From: a virus
Length of the DNA: 64,000 nucleotides
Strand: one strand, 5' to 3'
IMG/VR virus record: IMGVR_UViG_3300033143_002031
Span: 1 to 64,000 of that record
This document shows, piece after piece, positions 29,816 through 38,746 of the stretch. Position numbers and translations under genes: made by a program. The notes under the pieces were generated by a model, which saw only the letters and a list, made by a program, of their open reading frames with translations, was not told the origin of the DNA and searched no databases. The number at the start of each line of letters is the position of its first letter. Position 1 is the first letter of the stretch.

Positions 29816-30370
29816 ATGAGAAAGCTCGTAGTCATGGTGGCCCTGCTCTCCTTCGGCTGTGGCGCAGCCCAGACCCCCGAGGTGCGACCATTGGTCGCCG
29901 ATGATAGGCGCCCCGAGGCTCGTGAGATGGTCCAGGACGCCCGGGACGAGTCGCTGCCCGAGGGCACGCCCCAGCACCTCCCCGAGTCCTACGTCATGCC
30001 TGTGGAGGCCGGAGAGTGCATCCCCGAGGACGGGCGCCGCATACCACCCTCGGACGAGGAGTTGGTCCTACTCGGACCGTGCCCCGAGGAGTCCGGCATA
30101 TTCGTCTCCGAGGCGCGAGCGAACCGCGACGCCATCTATCGCATCCGCTACCGCGAGATGAGGGACACCTACCGGGCGGATCGGCAGGTGTGGTCGGCGC
30201 ACCGGGAACTCTACGAGGCCCAGGTCGCGGCTGACCGGGAGGAGATTGCTCGGCTCCAGCCCACGTTCTGGGAGCAGCACGACGGGGAGATCCTGGCGAC
30301 GCTCGGTGTCATCGTCGGGGCAGCCCTCACGGTGGCCATCACATTCGCTGTGAACCAGGCATCGGAGTGA
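29816..30370 (+). CDS. lipoprotein with C-terminal TM helix (spanin-like candidate)
   Basis: Signal MRKLVVMVALLSFG-C lipobox; coiled coil; C-terminal ILATLGVIVGAALTVAITFAV. Confidence 0.6.
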   Translation: MRKLVVMVALLSFGCGAAQTPEVRPLVADDRRPEAREMVQDARDESLPEGTPQHLPESYVMPVEAGECIPEDGRRIPPSDEELVLLGPCPEESGIFVSEARANRDAIYRIRYREMRDTYRADRQVWSAHRELYEAQVAADREEIARLQPTFWEQHDGEILATLGVIVGAALTVAITFAVNQASE

Positions 30371-32388
30371 TCATGGCGGCGGTCTTCACAGAGGCACAGC
30401 GCGCCGGCCTGCACGCTCTCAGCGAGGGCACCATCGACGATCAGTGGATCAAGGGTATCCGTGCCGGGTGGAAACTCCTGGTGAAGCAGACCAAGAAGTT
30501 CAAGGGTCGCCGCTCCACCGCCCCGGCCATGGAGCAGAGCTACCTCGACGCTGCCGCTGACGGGTCCACGGCGGCCCTCCAGAACGTCCAGCGGTACATC
30601 GGACGCCTCCGTGACGACCTGCTCTTGAACAAGGGCTTCTGGGACCTCCCCTCTGATGCTCAGGGCAAGAAAGAACTGAGCATCATTCGTCGCTACAAGA
30701 CCAAGGTCATCGACGAACTCGACGCCGCAGAAGAGGCGATCTCAGACGGCCTGAGCTACGCACGCACCGTCAAGGAAGCAGCCTCGAAGGATGGGGGCAT
30801 CGGTGGGCGCGAAGGCTACATGCACCAGGAGACCTACGCTTCTCAGGATCGGTTCAACTTCACGCTGAATGGGTTCGGGGAGCGTCTCGACGGCATCATG
30901 ACCATGGCGGACAAGGCAATCTCCGGTCGCCTGTTCCGCCATCTGTCCAAGGTGCTCGCCACGTCGTTCAAGCATGTCCTCGACTACCCGACCAAGGGCA
31001 GCGAGAAGTGGCGCAGCAAGAAGCGGTACGTGAAGAAGCAGGTTCCCCTCGACTGGGGCGAGCACGAGCCCCCGGTGGTCCACCTCGGCAAGGCCACGGT
31101 CATCTTCCAGGACATGCCAGGCGAAGGGGCGGGCGGCACCATCTCTCCTCGGAAGGTCGGTTCCGAGACGACGGTGAAGAAGGGCGGCGAGGTCGTCACC
31201 ACCAAAGAGGTTACGTCGCGGACCAAGTACGGCGGCGGGTACATGCACCCGAGGGACCGGAAGGAGTTCGTCGATGGCCTGAAGGAGGCCCAGGCGAGGC
31301 TGCGAGCGAAGCGGCTCGGAAAGCTCTTCCACGGTCACTTCCTCATCGAGCCCAAGGAGCGTGCAGGGACGAACCAGTACGGGGCTCATCTCGGGGTCGG
31401 TGGGAGGTACTACCGCAAGGGCGACGCGATCCACCTCTACGGGGGCAGCAAAGGTCCGCACTCCGTCGCGGTGGTCGCCATTCACGAGATCGGGCACCGC
31501 TACTACTACAAGAACCTGACCTCCCAAGATCGGCACAACTTCGACAAGTGGTTCAAGGATGTGCCGGCGGTGTCGAGCTACGGCGGCATCAACCCTGCCG
31601 AGGACTTTGCCGAGGTCTTTACCCACTACGTGCTCGGGCAAGACATGACCAAGGACCAGATGCAACGGTTCCGGCAGTTCATGACCGGGCACAGGCCGAG
31701 GACGGAAGCAATGGAAGAGAGCGCGGCCACGAAATCTCAGGAGTGCATGTTCTGTGATGAGCCGGCGGTGTCGAGCCTCATCTGGGAAGACGGCCAGAAC
31801 TACGTGGCCGTGTGCCGGGCTCACATGGCCGAGGGCAGGATACATATCAGCCTCGAAGGAGGGTCGGTCTGCGACGTCAAGAACGTCGAGAACGGGCCGA
31901 TCGCCTACCGGGAGAGCCGATGCTACCCGGCGACTCATCCGCAGGCACGCATGGAGGCGGCCCTAGAGCCCGCTCTGGCGTTCGTGGAGGAGGAAGAGGC
32001 TGGAACCCACTTCGGCCTCCAGGCGAGCCCTGAGAGGCTCCAGAGCGCCTTCCAGGAGGCCCCAGCGCAGCCCCCGCCCCGGGCACCTATCGGCAGGAGG
32101 TCCACGCCACGCGGAGCGGTCATCCCCTCCAGGCGAGGCGGCGACGAGCCGATGGGCTTCACCAAGGGTGCGATCACGAAATACCACGGCCAGCGGGCCA
32201 AGCGCGTGAGCCAGCGGACGCCGAGGACGACGCAGCTACCGAGCGGAGTCAAGCAGGAGATTCCGGACTCCCTGATGCAGATGCTCGGGACCGACTGGAA
32301 GAACATGCGCGCCACGCGCGTCCACGACAACCGCATGACCATCAACATTGACGGTGTTCGGTTCTCGGTCTACACGAGGAGAGGGTAA
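30367..32388 (+). CDS. multi-module protein with zincin-like metallopeptidase domain
   Basis: AIHEIGHRY...VSSYGGINPAEDFAEVF; FTEAQR N-terminus; TEAMEES linker. Confidence 0.75.
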   Translation: MIMAAVFTEAQRAGLHALSEGTIDDQWIKGIRAGWKLLVKQTKKFKGRRSTAPAMEQSYLDAAADGSTAALQNVQRYIGRLRDDLLLNKGFWDLPSDAQGKKELSIIRRYKTKVIDELDAAEEAISDGLSYARTVKEAASKDGGIGGREGYMHQETYASQDRFNFTLNGFGERLDGIMTMADKAISGRLFRHLSKVLATSFKHVLDYPTKGSEKWRSKKRYVKKQVPLDWGEHEPPVVHLGKATVIFQDMPGEGAGGTISPRKVGSETTVKKGGEVVTTKEVTSRTKYGGGYMHPRDRKEFVDGLKEAQARLRAKRLGKLFHGHFLIEPKERAGTNQYGAHLGVGGRYYRKGDAIHLYGGSKGPHSVAVVAIHEIGHRYYYKNLTSQDRHNFDKWFKDVPAVSSYGGINPAEDFAEVFTHYVLGQDMTKDQMQRFRQFMTGHRPRTEAMEESAATKSQECMFCDEPAVSSLIWEDGQNYVAVCRAHMAEGRIHISLEGGSVCDVKNVENGPIAYRESRCYPATHPQARMEAALEPALAFVEEEEAGTHFGLQASPERLQSAFQEAPAQPPPRAPIGRRSTPRGAVIPSRRGGDEPMGFTKGAITKYHGQRAKRVSQRTPRTTQLPSGVKQEIPDSLMQMLGTDWKNMRATRVHDNRMTINIDGVRFSVYTRRG

Positions 32389-32392
32389 GACA

Positions 32393-35300
32393 ATGACAGA
32401 CCACCATAGCCATCTTCGCCGCCTTGTTGAGTCTCGGTCGGATGATACGCACCTGGACCCCATGGCTCATTTCCAGACGCTCTCTGGCATCCGTCCGACG
32501 CTTCCGGGCCTGACCGAAGAGGACGAGAGCGTCTTCGACAAGCCCCAGTGGGTCAAGGACTTCAAGGCCGGCTGGGAGGCATCGAAGAAGGCGAAGAAGG
32601 AGATTCCGCCGAAGAAGGCGTACAACATGGCCCGGGTCAGCAAGAAGCACGGCACCTACTGGATCGACGGCTATGCGGCGTGGGTTGATCACAAGCGTGG
32701 AGCCCACGCCCAGCCAGGTGTCCGCGACGCGAAGAAGATGGGTCTCACCGAGGACGTCGAGTTCACCGAGAGAACGGTCCTCGGAGACGTCGCGACCTTC
32801 CTGAAGCGCAAGGACGTGGACAATCTCTCGGCAGCGGACGAGAAGCACGTGGCCATGATGCTGGGGCACATGGGCAAGGGCGAGCTACAGCAGATCATCC
32901 GCGCGTGGGATCGGCCCCTGCACCACCGCAACCCGGAGAAGGTGTTCATCGTCGACACGGCCAAGGACGTGCTCTCCCACAAGATCCACTCCGAGGACGT
33001 GGACGACCTGGACGAGGGCGATCCCAAGATGCTGTCGAAGCTCGGGAAGCCGGTGAAGGTCGTCAAGGCTGGCGTCATGAAGCTCTACGTCTACCGCTCC
33101 AAGAGCCCGTACAGCAAGTACGCGGTGGTCGTGCAGGGCAAGGGAGGCAAGAAGGAATTGCCCGGGGCGAGCGGGAACACGCCGGAAGAGGCGATCGAGA
33201 AGACCAAGGCGATGCTGAAGAAGGCTGGTGGCAAAGTCGAGGACGTGGACGATCTCAGCGAACGCGCGCCACGCTACGCGGCGGGCGGGAAGTCGCTCGG
33301 CTACTTCCTCTCAGGTTTGGATCTCGTCATCGAGAACCAGAAGAAGTACGGCAGGCCGACCTACGTTGGTAGCGCCGTGCGCAAACTCACCCACGATCAG
33401 GCTCAGTGGGTCGTCAAGAGAGTACCCACTGCCGGATGGATGGAAGGCCCGAACCCCACCGAGGGGAAGAAGGCTGTCTATCTGGACGCGCACAGCCGCA
33501 AGATGTGGGACTTCCGAAATGAACTGGAGACCCAAGCCTACGAGGAGGACGTGGATGACCTCGGCGAGGCGGTCCCGCTCAACGTGGCGGCAAAGGAGGC
33601 CAACGCTATCGCCTCTGGTGCCGCGAAGCTGGCTCGCATGCTCGGTCAAGGACGTGCAGCGCAGATGAGCAAGAGCGACTACACCAAGGCTCGAAAGCTC
33701 GTCGGCGAGATGCTATTCACGGCTGCCAGGGCGATGGATGCTCTGAGCATGGACGTGAAGCCGATCCTTCACGCCTCGAAGCAAGCCAAGGGCGGGATGT
33801 CCGAGGCTAGCATCGTGCGAGGGGCTTCCCCGATGGCGGACCTTCCCGGCGGTGGCGGCGCAGGGATGTACGCTTCCGACCTCCAGGGGTTCGCACGCGA
33901 GTTGGGGCGGCATCTCGGACAGGCCGGAGCAGATTACCAGTCCAAGGCTGCGAACCGGGCTCGTGGTGCGCTCGGGTCGGTCTTGGCGGCCCTCGGCGTC
34001 ATCATGAAGAACATCGGCCTGGAAGCTGCTTCCATCGGCGTCCGCAAGTCGGCTCGGGGGATCTTCAAGAAGTACGGGAAGATGGCAGGGCAGTCCAATT
34101 GGCTCGAAGCCATGGAAGACGAGGACGATCTGGACGAGGCCGACAAGCTCGGCAAGCCGGACGTCATCACCGGCATGAAGTTCGGCACTCGCTACAAGTA
34201 CAACCACGGGATCTTCATCGACCACGTGGAGGACAAGCGCGAGTACCACGTCTCTCAGGCTGGGCGACCCTCGAAGAAGCTGGGGTACGCCAAGACGCTG
34301 GCCAAGGCCAAGGAGATTGCCCTGCGGAAGGGCGACTTCATGGAGAGCGCCGACGATCTGGACGAGCGCCAGAAGGTCGAGCCCGGCATGGGCGGCGAGA
34401 CCGTGCCCGGCTCGATCAAGATCCACCCCGGGAAGTGGGGTGACTTCGGCAAGCGTGGGCCGAAGACCGTGACGTCCAAGCCCGTGATGACCCGGCAGGG
34501 CTCCTTCAAGTTGAGCAGCCAAGCCCTGAAGATGTTCGCCAAGATGGGCGACACGCCGGACCAGGCCCTCTTCAAGGGTCAGCAGAAGATCATGAACGCG
34601 ATCCCGCGCGAAAAACTCCCCACGGTCATCGGGGAGACGGACATCGCGGGCGCTCAGGACGAACTAGCTCGCAACCCGAAGGGCGCTATCCAGAAGTTCA
34701 TGCGGAACATCCACAAGGTGTCTCCGAAGGCTGGCAAGATGCTCCGCGCTGTGCCGGAGAACGCCGCGCTGTACTTCTACATCTACGCGATGAACGTGAG
34801 CGGCCGGGACATGGCCGACGAGATCCTGAAGCGGTACCTCACGACTCACCAGGCGTTCAAGCCGGTGAAGAAGGAGGACGTGGACGACCTGGACGAGGCC
34901 ATGGGCCTCGTGAAGGGTGACAAGGTTCGAGTCACCAAGGGGAAGATGAAGGGGCTGAAGGGTGTAGTCACCTATGTCGGCTCAGGGCCGAAAGGCGACA
35001 AGGTATCTGTCCGCATCGACCACCCTGTGCATCGCATGATGGGACCTGCTCTTGTGGACCCGAAGATTCTTGTGAAGGAGGACGTGGACGACCTGGACGA
35101 GGCCAAAGAGCGGTTCGAGTTGGTCTACGGGTCCGGTGGGACCGGCGGCCCGTACTGGACCGAGTGGGCGGCCATGGAGCAGGCTGAAAAGCTCATGAAG
35201 GGCAGCCGCAGCGAGACGTGGATCGCGGTTGTACCCGCCCGGCAAACTACGGACCTCGCTAAGGCCAAGCCCACGGCCTACCTGCACCGGAAGAAGAAGG

Positions 35301-35464
35301 GTTGGACCAAGGGCGGCGGCATGACCCTGAAGCAGATCTTCAAGGGCCACTTCCGCGAGGGGGTCGACCCTGTGGCAGACGGCAACGTGCTGATCACTGA
35401 CGACGTGCGACGGTTCCGCGTTCTCGTGGGCATGGACCCGCTGCCGCGACGCCTGGAGGGTTGA
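32393..35464 (+). CDS. polyprotein of about ten small basic modules joined by EDVDDLDE-type linkers; one module has a KOW motif
   Basis: SD GAGGAGAGG, ATG 32393; seven EDVDDL(D/S/G)E-like linkers; LVKGDKVRVTKGKMKGLKGVV is KOW-like. Confidence 0.8.
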   Translation: MTDHHSHLRRLVESRSDDTHLDPMAHFQTLSGIRPTLPGLTEEDESVFDKPQWVKDFKAGWEASKKAKKEIPPKKAYNMARVSKKHGTYWIDGYAAWVDHKRGAHAQPGVRDAKKMGLTEDVEFTERTVLGDVATFLKRKDVDNLSAADEKHVAMMLGHMGKGELQQIIRAWDRPLHHRNPEKVFIVDTAKDVLSHKIHSEDVDDLDEGDPKMLSKLGKPVKVVKAGVMKLYVYRSKSPYSKYAVVVQGKGGKKELPGASGNTPEEAIEKTKAMLKKAGGKVEDVDDLSERAPRYAAGGKSLGYFLSGLDLVIENQKKYGRPTYVGSAVRKLTHDQAQWVVKRVPTAGWMEGPNPTEGKKAVYLDAHSRKMWDFRNELETQAYEEDVDDLGEAVPLNVAAKEANAIASGAAKLARMLGQGRAAQMSKSDYTKARKLVGEMLFTAARAMDALSMDVKPILHASKQAKGGMSEASIVRGASPMADLPGGGGAGMYASDLQGFARELGRHLGQAGADYQSKAANRARGALGSVLAALGVIMKNIGLEAASIGVRKSARGIFKKYGKMAGQSNWLEAMEDEDDLDEADKLGKPDVITGMKFGTRYKYNHGIFIDHVEDKREYHVSQAGRPSKKLGYAKTLAKAKEIALRKGDFMESADDLDERQKVEPGMGGETVPGSIKIHPGKWGDFGKRGPKTVTSKPVMTRQGSFKLSSQALKMFAKMGDTPDQALFKGQQKIMNAIPREKLPTVIGETDIAGAQDELARNPKGAIQKFMRNIHKVSPKAGKMLRAVPENAALYFYIYAMNVSGRDMADEILKRYLTTHQAFKPVKKEDVDDLDEAMGLVKGDKVRVTKGKMKGLKGVVTYVGSGPKGDKVSVRIDHPVHRMMGPALVDPKILVKEDVDDLDEAKERFELVYGSGGTGGPYWTEWAAMEQAEKLMKGSRSETWIAVVPARQTTDLAKAKPTAYLHRKKKGWTKGGGMTLKQIFKGHFREGVDPVADGNVLITDDVRRFRVLVGMDPLPRRLEG
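32993..35105 (+). repeat. dispersed direct repeats encoding the polyprotein linker
   Basis: GAGGACGTGGACGACCTGGACGAG identical at 32993, 34874 and 35078 (32-bp identity 34870-34901 vs 35074-35105); variants at 33239, 33545, 34115, 34343. Confidence 0.9.
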
Positions 35465-35502
35465 TCGGCGACGATACACGGACGTAGGAAAGGACTAGGA
35501 CG

Positions 35503-35916
35503 ATGGGTGTTGTGGAACGGACATGGAAGGAACTCGGGTATGAGATCGAGGCGACGGGCTGGAAGGTATGGGTCCGGACGATGCCTCACCCGAGGAAGCA
35601 CGGAAGCCTCTGGCTCCCTCCGAAGGCGGGGAGCTTTCACGGCGAGCTACCGCACCTCCGGACGGTCTTCGCGACTGTCCTGAGTGCGGGTCCCCTGGGT
35701 GCGGCGTTGGAGTTGGAGCCGGGGGATATCATAGCCTTCAAGCGCCTGGAGTTCGCGTGGTGGAAGAAGCTGGAGTCCACGCAGGCTGATGAGTACGGTA
35801 GCGATGAGGAGTTCGTAGGTTATTTGGATGCGAACCACATCGTCTATATCGTGGAGGAAGCCGATGGTGTTCGAGTCGCACGAGACGCTGGGGAAGCTGC
35901 GGCAGCACCTATGTGA
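35503..35916 (+). CDS. groES: GroES/Cpn10-like co-chaperonin
   Basis: KVWVR..HGSLWLP (mobile loop)..ATVLSAGP..LEPGDIIAF..YLDANHIVYIV matches the Cpn10 pattern. Confidence 0.65.
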   Translation: MGVVERTWKELGYEIEATGWKVWVRTMPHPRKHGSLWLPPKAGSFHGELPHLRTVFATVLSAGPLGAALELEPGDIIAFKRLEFAWWKKLESTQADEYGSDEEFVGYLDANHIVYIVEEADGVRVARDAGEAAAAPM

Positions 35917-36520
35917 GGCTGTCGGGAAGGTCCCCTTCGGCACGATGATCGGCTGGCGCACGCCGGGCGGACGTGCCTACGGTGTCGTGGTCGGCATGGA
36001 GGGAAAGGAACTTCTCGCCCTGACGACCTACGACAAGGTCCTGAAGAAGGATCGCGGCCTGAAGTACTACCGGGACGAGGCACTGTCCAACAAACTCGAC
36101 CCCCTTATGCCCAGCGTCGTGATGGACCTCCAGCGAGTGCCGGCCGCCAAGGCGTTCAAGCACGGGCGTGTCACGGGCGCGGCCCTGAAGCCCTACACGG
36201 TGGCGGCGAAGCACCTGCAACTCGGAGGGCTCGACGGGTCCATTGGCAGCGAGTTCAAAAGAAGGAGCGAGGACATGAATTTCACAGAAGCCAACGCGAA
36301 GCTGGAAGCCATCCGGGAGGCCCTGGGCAGGCCAGGAGCAGGTCACGAGGAGAGTCGTGTCCCTGAATTCGACCATGCGTGCACGAAAGCGAAAGAGGCG
36401 GTAGGCGAAGCCTTCAAGCCGCTGCGGAAGAAGCACCCGGACGAATTTGCCAAGGTCCACAAACTCTACAGCGATGCGATCGACGCACTGGCCAAGGCAC
36501 AATACAAGTTGCGCCACTAG
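35864..36520 (+). CDS. two-module hypothetical protein (head-cargo-like)
   Basis: ATG 35864 with SD GGAGG; internal MNFTEANAKLEAIREALG. Confidence 0.6.
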   Translation: MVFESHETLGKLRQHLCEAVGKVPFGTMIGWRTPGGRAYGVVVGMEGKELLALTTYDKVLKKDRGLKYYRDEALSNKLDPLMPSVVMDLQRVPAAKAFKHGRVTGAALKPYTVAAKHLQLGGLDGSIGSEFKRRSEDMNFTEANAKLEAIREALGRPGAGHEESRVPEFDHACTKAKEAVGEAFKPLRKKHPDEFAKVHKLYSDAIDALAKAQYKLRH

Positions 36521-36529
36521 GGGGCCGGC

Positions 36530-37300
36530 ATGACCATCTATAGTGACACCCTCGGCATCCTCCAGGAGCTACGGGCTCAGTTCGAGCCGCTCGAACCTGA
36601 CGCCCCGTGGGACGGCACCCTGGACGACTGGTACGAGCACTTCGAGCGCAAACTCGATCTCGACATCACCGAAGAGGAGATGGAGGAGGGCTCCCGCGCC
36701 GTCATGCACTGGGTGAAGAAGAAGTTCGGCGCTGCCAAGATGAAGGCCCACCGCGCGTTCGTGAAGATGGTCCGCAAGAACCCGTCCGCGCACCGCCGCA
36801 AGATGCGCCAGAGCGCGAAGTACCACCGGCTCCACAAGTGGCACGACAAGCTCATGCAGAAGACCAGCCGACCCGGCTGGGTTCGTCGTCACATCCGGGC
36901 TCACGAGGAGATTCCGGACGATCTGATGGCTCTCTCCGAGCGCGACCCGGGCCAGGCGTTCATGGACCTGCCCTTCGAGCTACGCACGACTGAGGGAGGC
37001 GCCACGGACTCCGGCGCCGAGTTGACGGACAAGGGCCGCGCCAAGGCGGCTCAGGCAGCCAGCGACAAGACCGGGAAGGCCGTTCCCCAGCACTACCAGA
37101 AGACCTGCTCCATGGCGTCGTTCAACGCCAACGTCCGCTATTTCTACGATGTCAAAGGGAAGGAGTGGGAGGGCTCGAAGCAGGAGAAACTCCAGCGGGC
37201 CATTGCCGCGTCCTACAGCGTCCTGAAGCGTGCTTGTGGGGTTCACCCGAAAGAGCGCATGACCCCTTCTCAGATCGTGAAGCATGGAAGCAAGGCGTGA
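36530..37300 (+). CDS. acidic/basic bipartite protein, possibly prohead-core-like
   Basis: Acidic N-terminus ending EEEMEEG, then a very basic segment RKNPSAHRRKMRQSAK reminiscent of the T4 gp68 layout. Confidence 0.5.
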   Translation: MTIYSDTLGILQELRAQFEPLEPDAPWDGTLDDWYEHFERKLDLDITEEEMEEGSRAVMHWVKKKFGAAKMKAHRAFVKMVRKNPSAHRRKMRQSAKYHRLHKWHDKLMQKTSRPGWVRRHIRAHEEIPDDLMALSERDPGQAFMDLPFELRTTEGGATDSGAELTDKGRAKAAQAASDKTGKAVPQHYQKTCSMASFNANVRYFYDVKGKEWEGSKQEKLQRAIAASYSVLKRACGVHPKERMTPSQIVKHGSKA

Positions 37301-37764
37301 GGGTCGCAGACACCGAGCGGTTCGGTAGGAAAGTCCAGAAATCAGCCGGGTGTTGGGTATGGGCCGCATACAAGGACAACGAAGGGTACGGACATTTCTA
37401 CTTCGAGGGACGTCGGGAGCTTGCACACCGTGTGGCGTGGGTTCTGGCAAACGGTGATATCCCGGACGATCTGTTCGTGCTTCACTCGTGTGACAATCCC
37501 TCTTGTGTTAGACCTGATCATCTCTTCCTCGGAACTCAATTGGAGAACATCCAAGATCGGAACGTGAAGGGTCGGACCTCGTGTGTGTCCCGGAACGTCG
37601 GAGCTTCGCATGGTCTCGCGAAATTGGATGAGGTGACTGTTCGTGTGGTGAGGGAGAGGTACTGTGGTGGAGGTATTACTCAGCGAGCGTTAGCCGAGGA
37701 GTTCGGGGTTTCTCAGCAGACCATTTCTAGGGCCGTGCGTGGAGAACTCTGGTCGCACGTTTGA
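37297..37764 (+). CDS. HNH homing endonuclease with C-terminal HTH
   Basis: GCWVW..GYG.F..LAHRVAW..VLHSCDNPSCVRPDHLFLGTQLENIQD; TQRALAEEFGVSQQTISRAV. Confidence 0.9.
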   Translation: MRVADTERFGRKVQKSAGCWVWAAYKDNEGYGHFYFEGRRELAHRVAWVLANGDIPDDLFVLHSCDNPSCVRPDHLFLGTQLENIQDRNVKGRTSCVSRNVGASHGLAKLDEVTVRVVRERYCGGGITQRALAEEFGVSQQTISRAVRGELWSHV

Positions 37765-37779
37765 TCCCACCCTTTGCTC

Positions 37780-37808
37780 TTGACTACTCCCTTCTTATCT
37801 GGTAGCCC
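37780..37808 (+). promoter_or_regulatory. sigma70-like promoter, probably leaderless, for the methyltransferase
   Basis: TTTGCTC-TTGACT, 17 nt, TAGCCC(T); ATG 8 nt later with no SD. Confidence 0.45.
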
Positions 37809-37816
37809 TTGTCTTC

Positions 37817-38470
37817 ATGAGTTCAACGAAAAGAGGGGGCCAGCGCTCACCCGCAGATCAATATCCCACGCCCCCCTGGTGCGTTCATCGTCTCATGGAC
37901 CGCGTGAAGCTGCCGACCGAGGGCATCTGGTACGAGCCCTGTGCCGGCGACGGCTCGATCATTCAGACCGTCAACACACGAGGCTTCTACCCGGAGTGGT
38001 GGGCGAACGAGCTTCGCGAGGAGGAGAGGCCGAAGCTCACGGTGTCTCTGCCACGTGATGGCACGCTCACCATCGGGGACTACCTGGACCCCGGTCTCCA
38101 ACTGCCGCCTCGTGACCTCGTGACGCTGGTCAAGACGAATCCGCCCTACCGCATTGCGTGGGAGGTGTTGCACAAGAGCCTGCGTGAGTTCCCGCTGGCT
38201 CACATCATGTTGCTCCTGCGGGTAAACTTCATCGCCTCGCAGGCCCGGCACGGCTTCATGAGTCAGTTCATGCCGGATCTGTACGTGCTGCCGAACCGGC
38301 CCGGCTTCAAGGGCTGGGGCAAGACGGATAGCCCGGAATATGGCTGGTTCCACTGGCACCCGAGCCCACGGGCACGCACGCGAGGGGCTATCGAGCTACT
38401 GGAACTGACCTCGAAAGAAGAGCGGAAGCGAGTTCCCGACGCTCCGATCGTCTATCCAGTGGAAGCGTAG
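37817..38470 (+). CDS. amino-DNA methyltransferase (N6-A or N4-C type)
   Basis: Motif I YEPCAGDG and catalytic TNPPY. Confidence 0.8.
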   Translation: MSSTKRGGQRSPADQYPTPPWCVHRLMDRVKLPTEGIWYEPCAGDGSIIQTVNTRGFYPEWWANELREEERPKLTVSLPRDGTLTIGDYLDPGLQLPPRDLVTLVKTNPPYRIAWEVLHKSLREFPLAHIMLLLRVNFIASQARHGFMSQFMPDLYVLPNRPGFKGWGKTDSPEYGWFHWHPSPRARTRGAIELLELTSKEERKRVPDAPIVYPVEA

Positions 38471-38481
38471 AATGTGCTGCT

Positions 38482-38733
38482 ATGAGCAGGCGAGGCAGGC
38501 CGGCGGACGACATGCCACCCATGATCGATCCGAGGTGGGCCGAGTGGTCTGCACCGCTCCTGGATTACCTTGTCGAGAAGCCCCGGACGTGGAAGGGACT
38601 GGAGGCGTGGCGCCGGTCCCAAGGTGTCAGTGGCTACCTGTTTCGCAACTGCCTCGCGTGGCTGGAAGATGCGGGGGTTGTCCGGTCTGAGGGCAGCGGC
38701 AAGCGTGTGAAGTGGAAGGAACGAAAACTTTGA
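38482..38733 (+). CDS. small winged-helix-like protein
   Basis: FRNCLAWLEDAGVV..KRVKW. Confidence 0.5.
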   Translation: MSRRGRPADDMPPMIDPRWAEWSAPLLDYLVEKPRTWKGLEAWRRSQGVSGYLFRNCLAWLEDAGVVRSEGSGKRVKWKERKL

Positions 38734-38746
38734 GAGGAGACGGACG

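Noticed and set aside
32993-35105. CRISPR array or non-coding repeat array
   Set aside because: The repeats are in frame, encode a peptide linker, are irregularly spaced by hundreds of bases, and no cas genes are present
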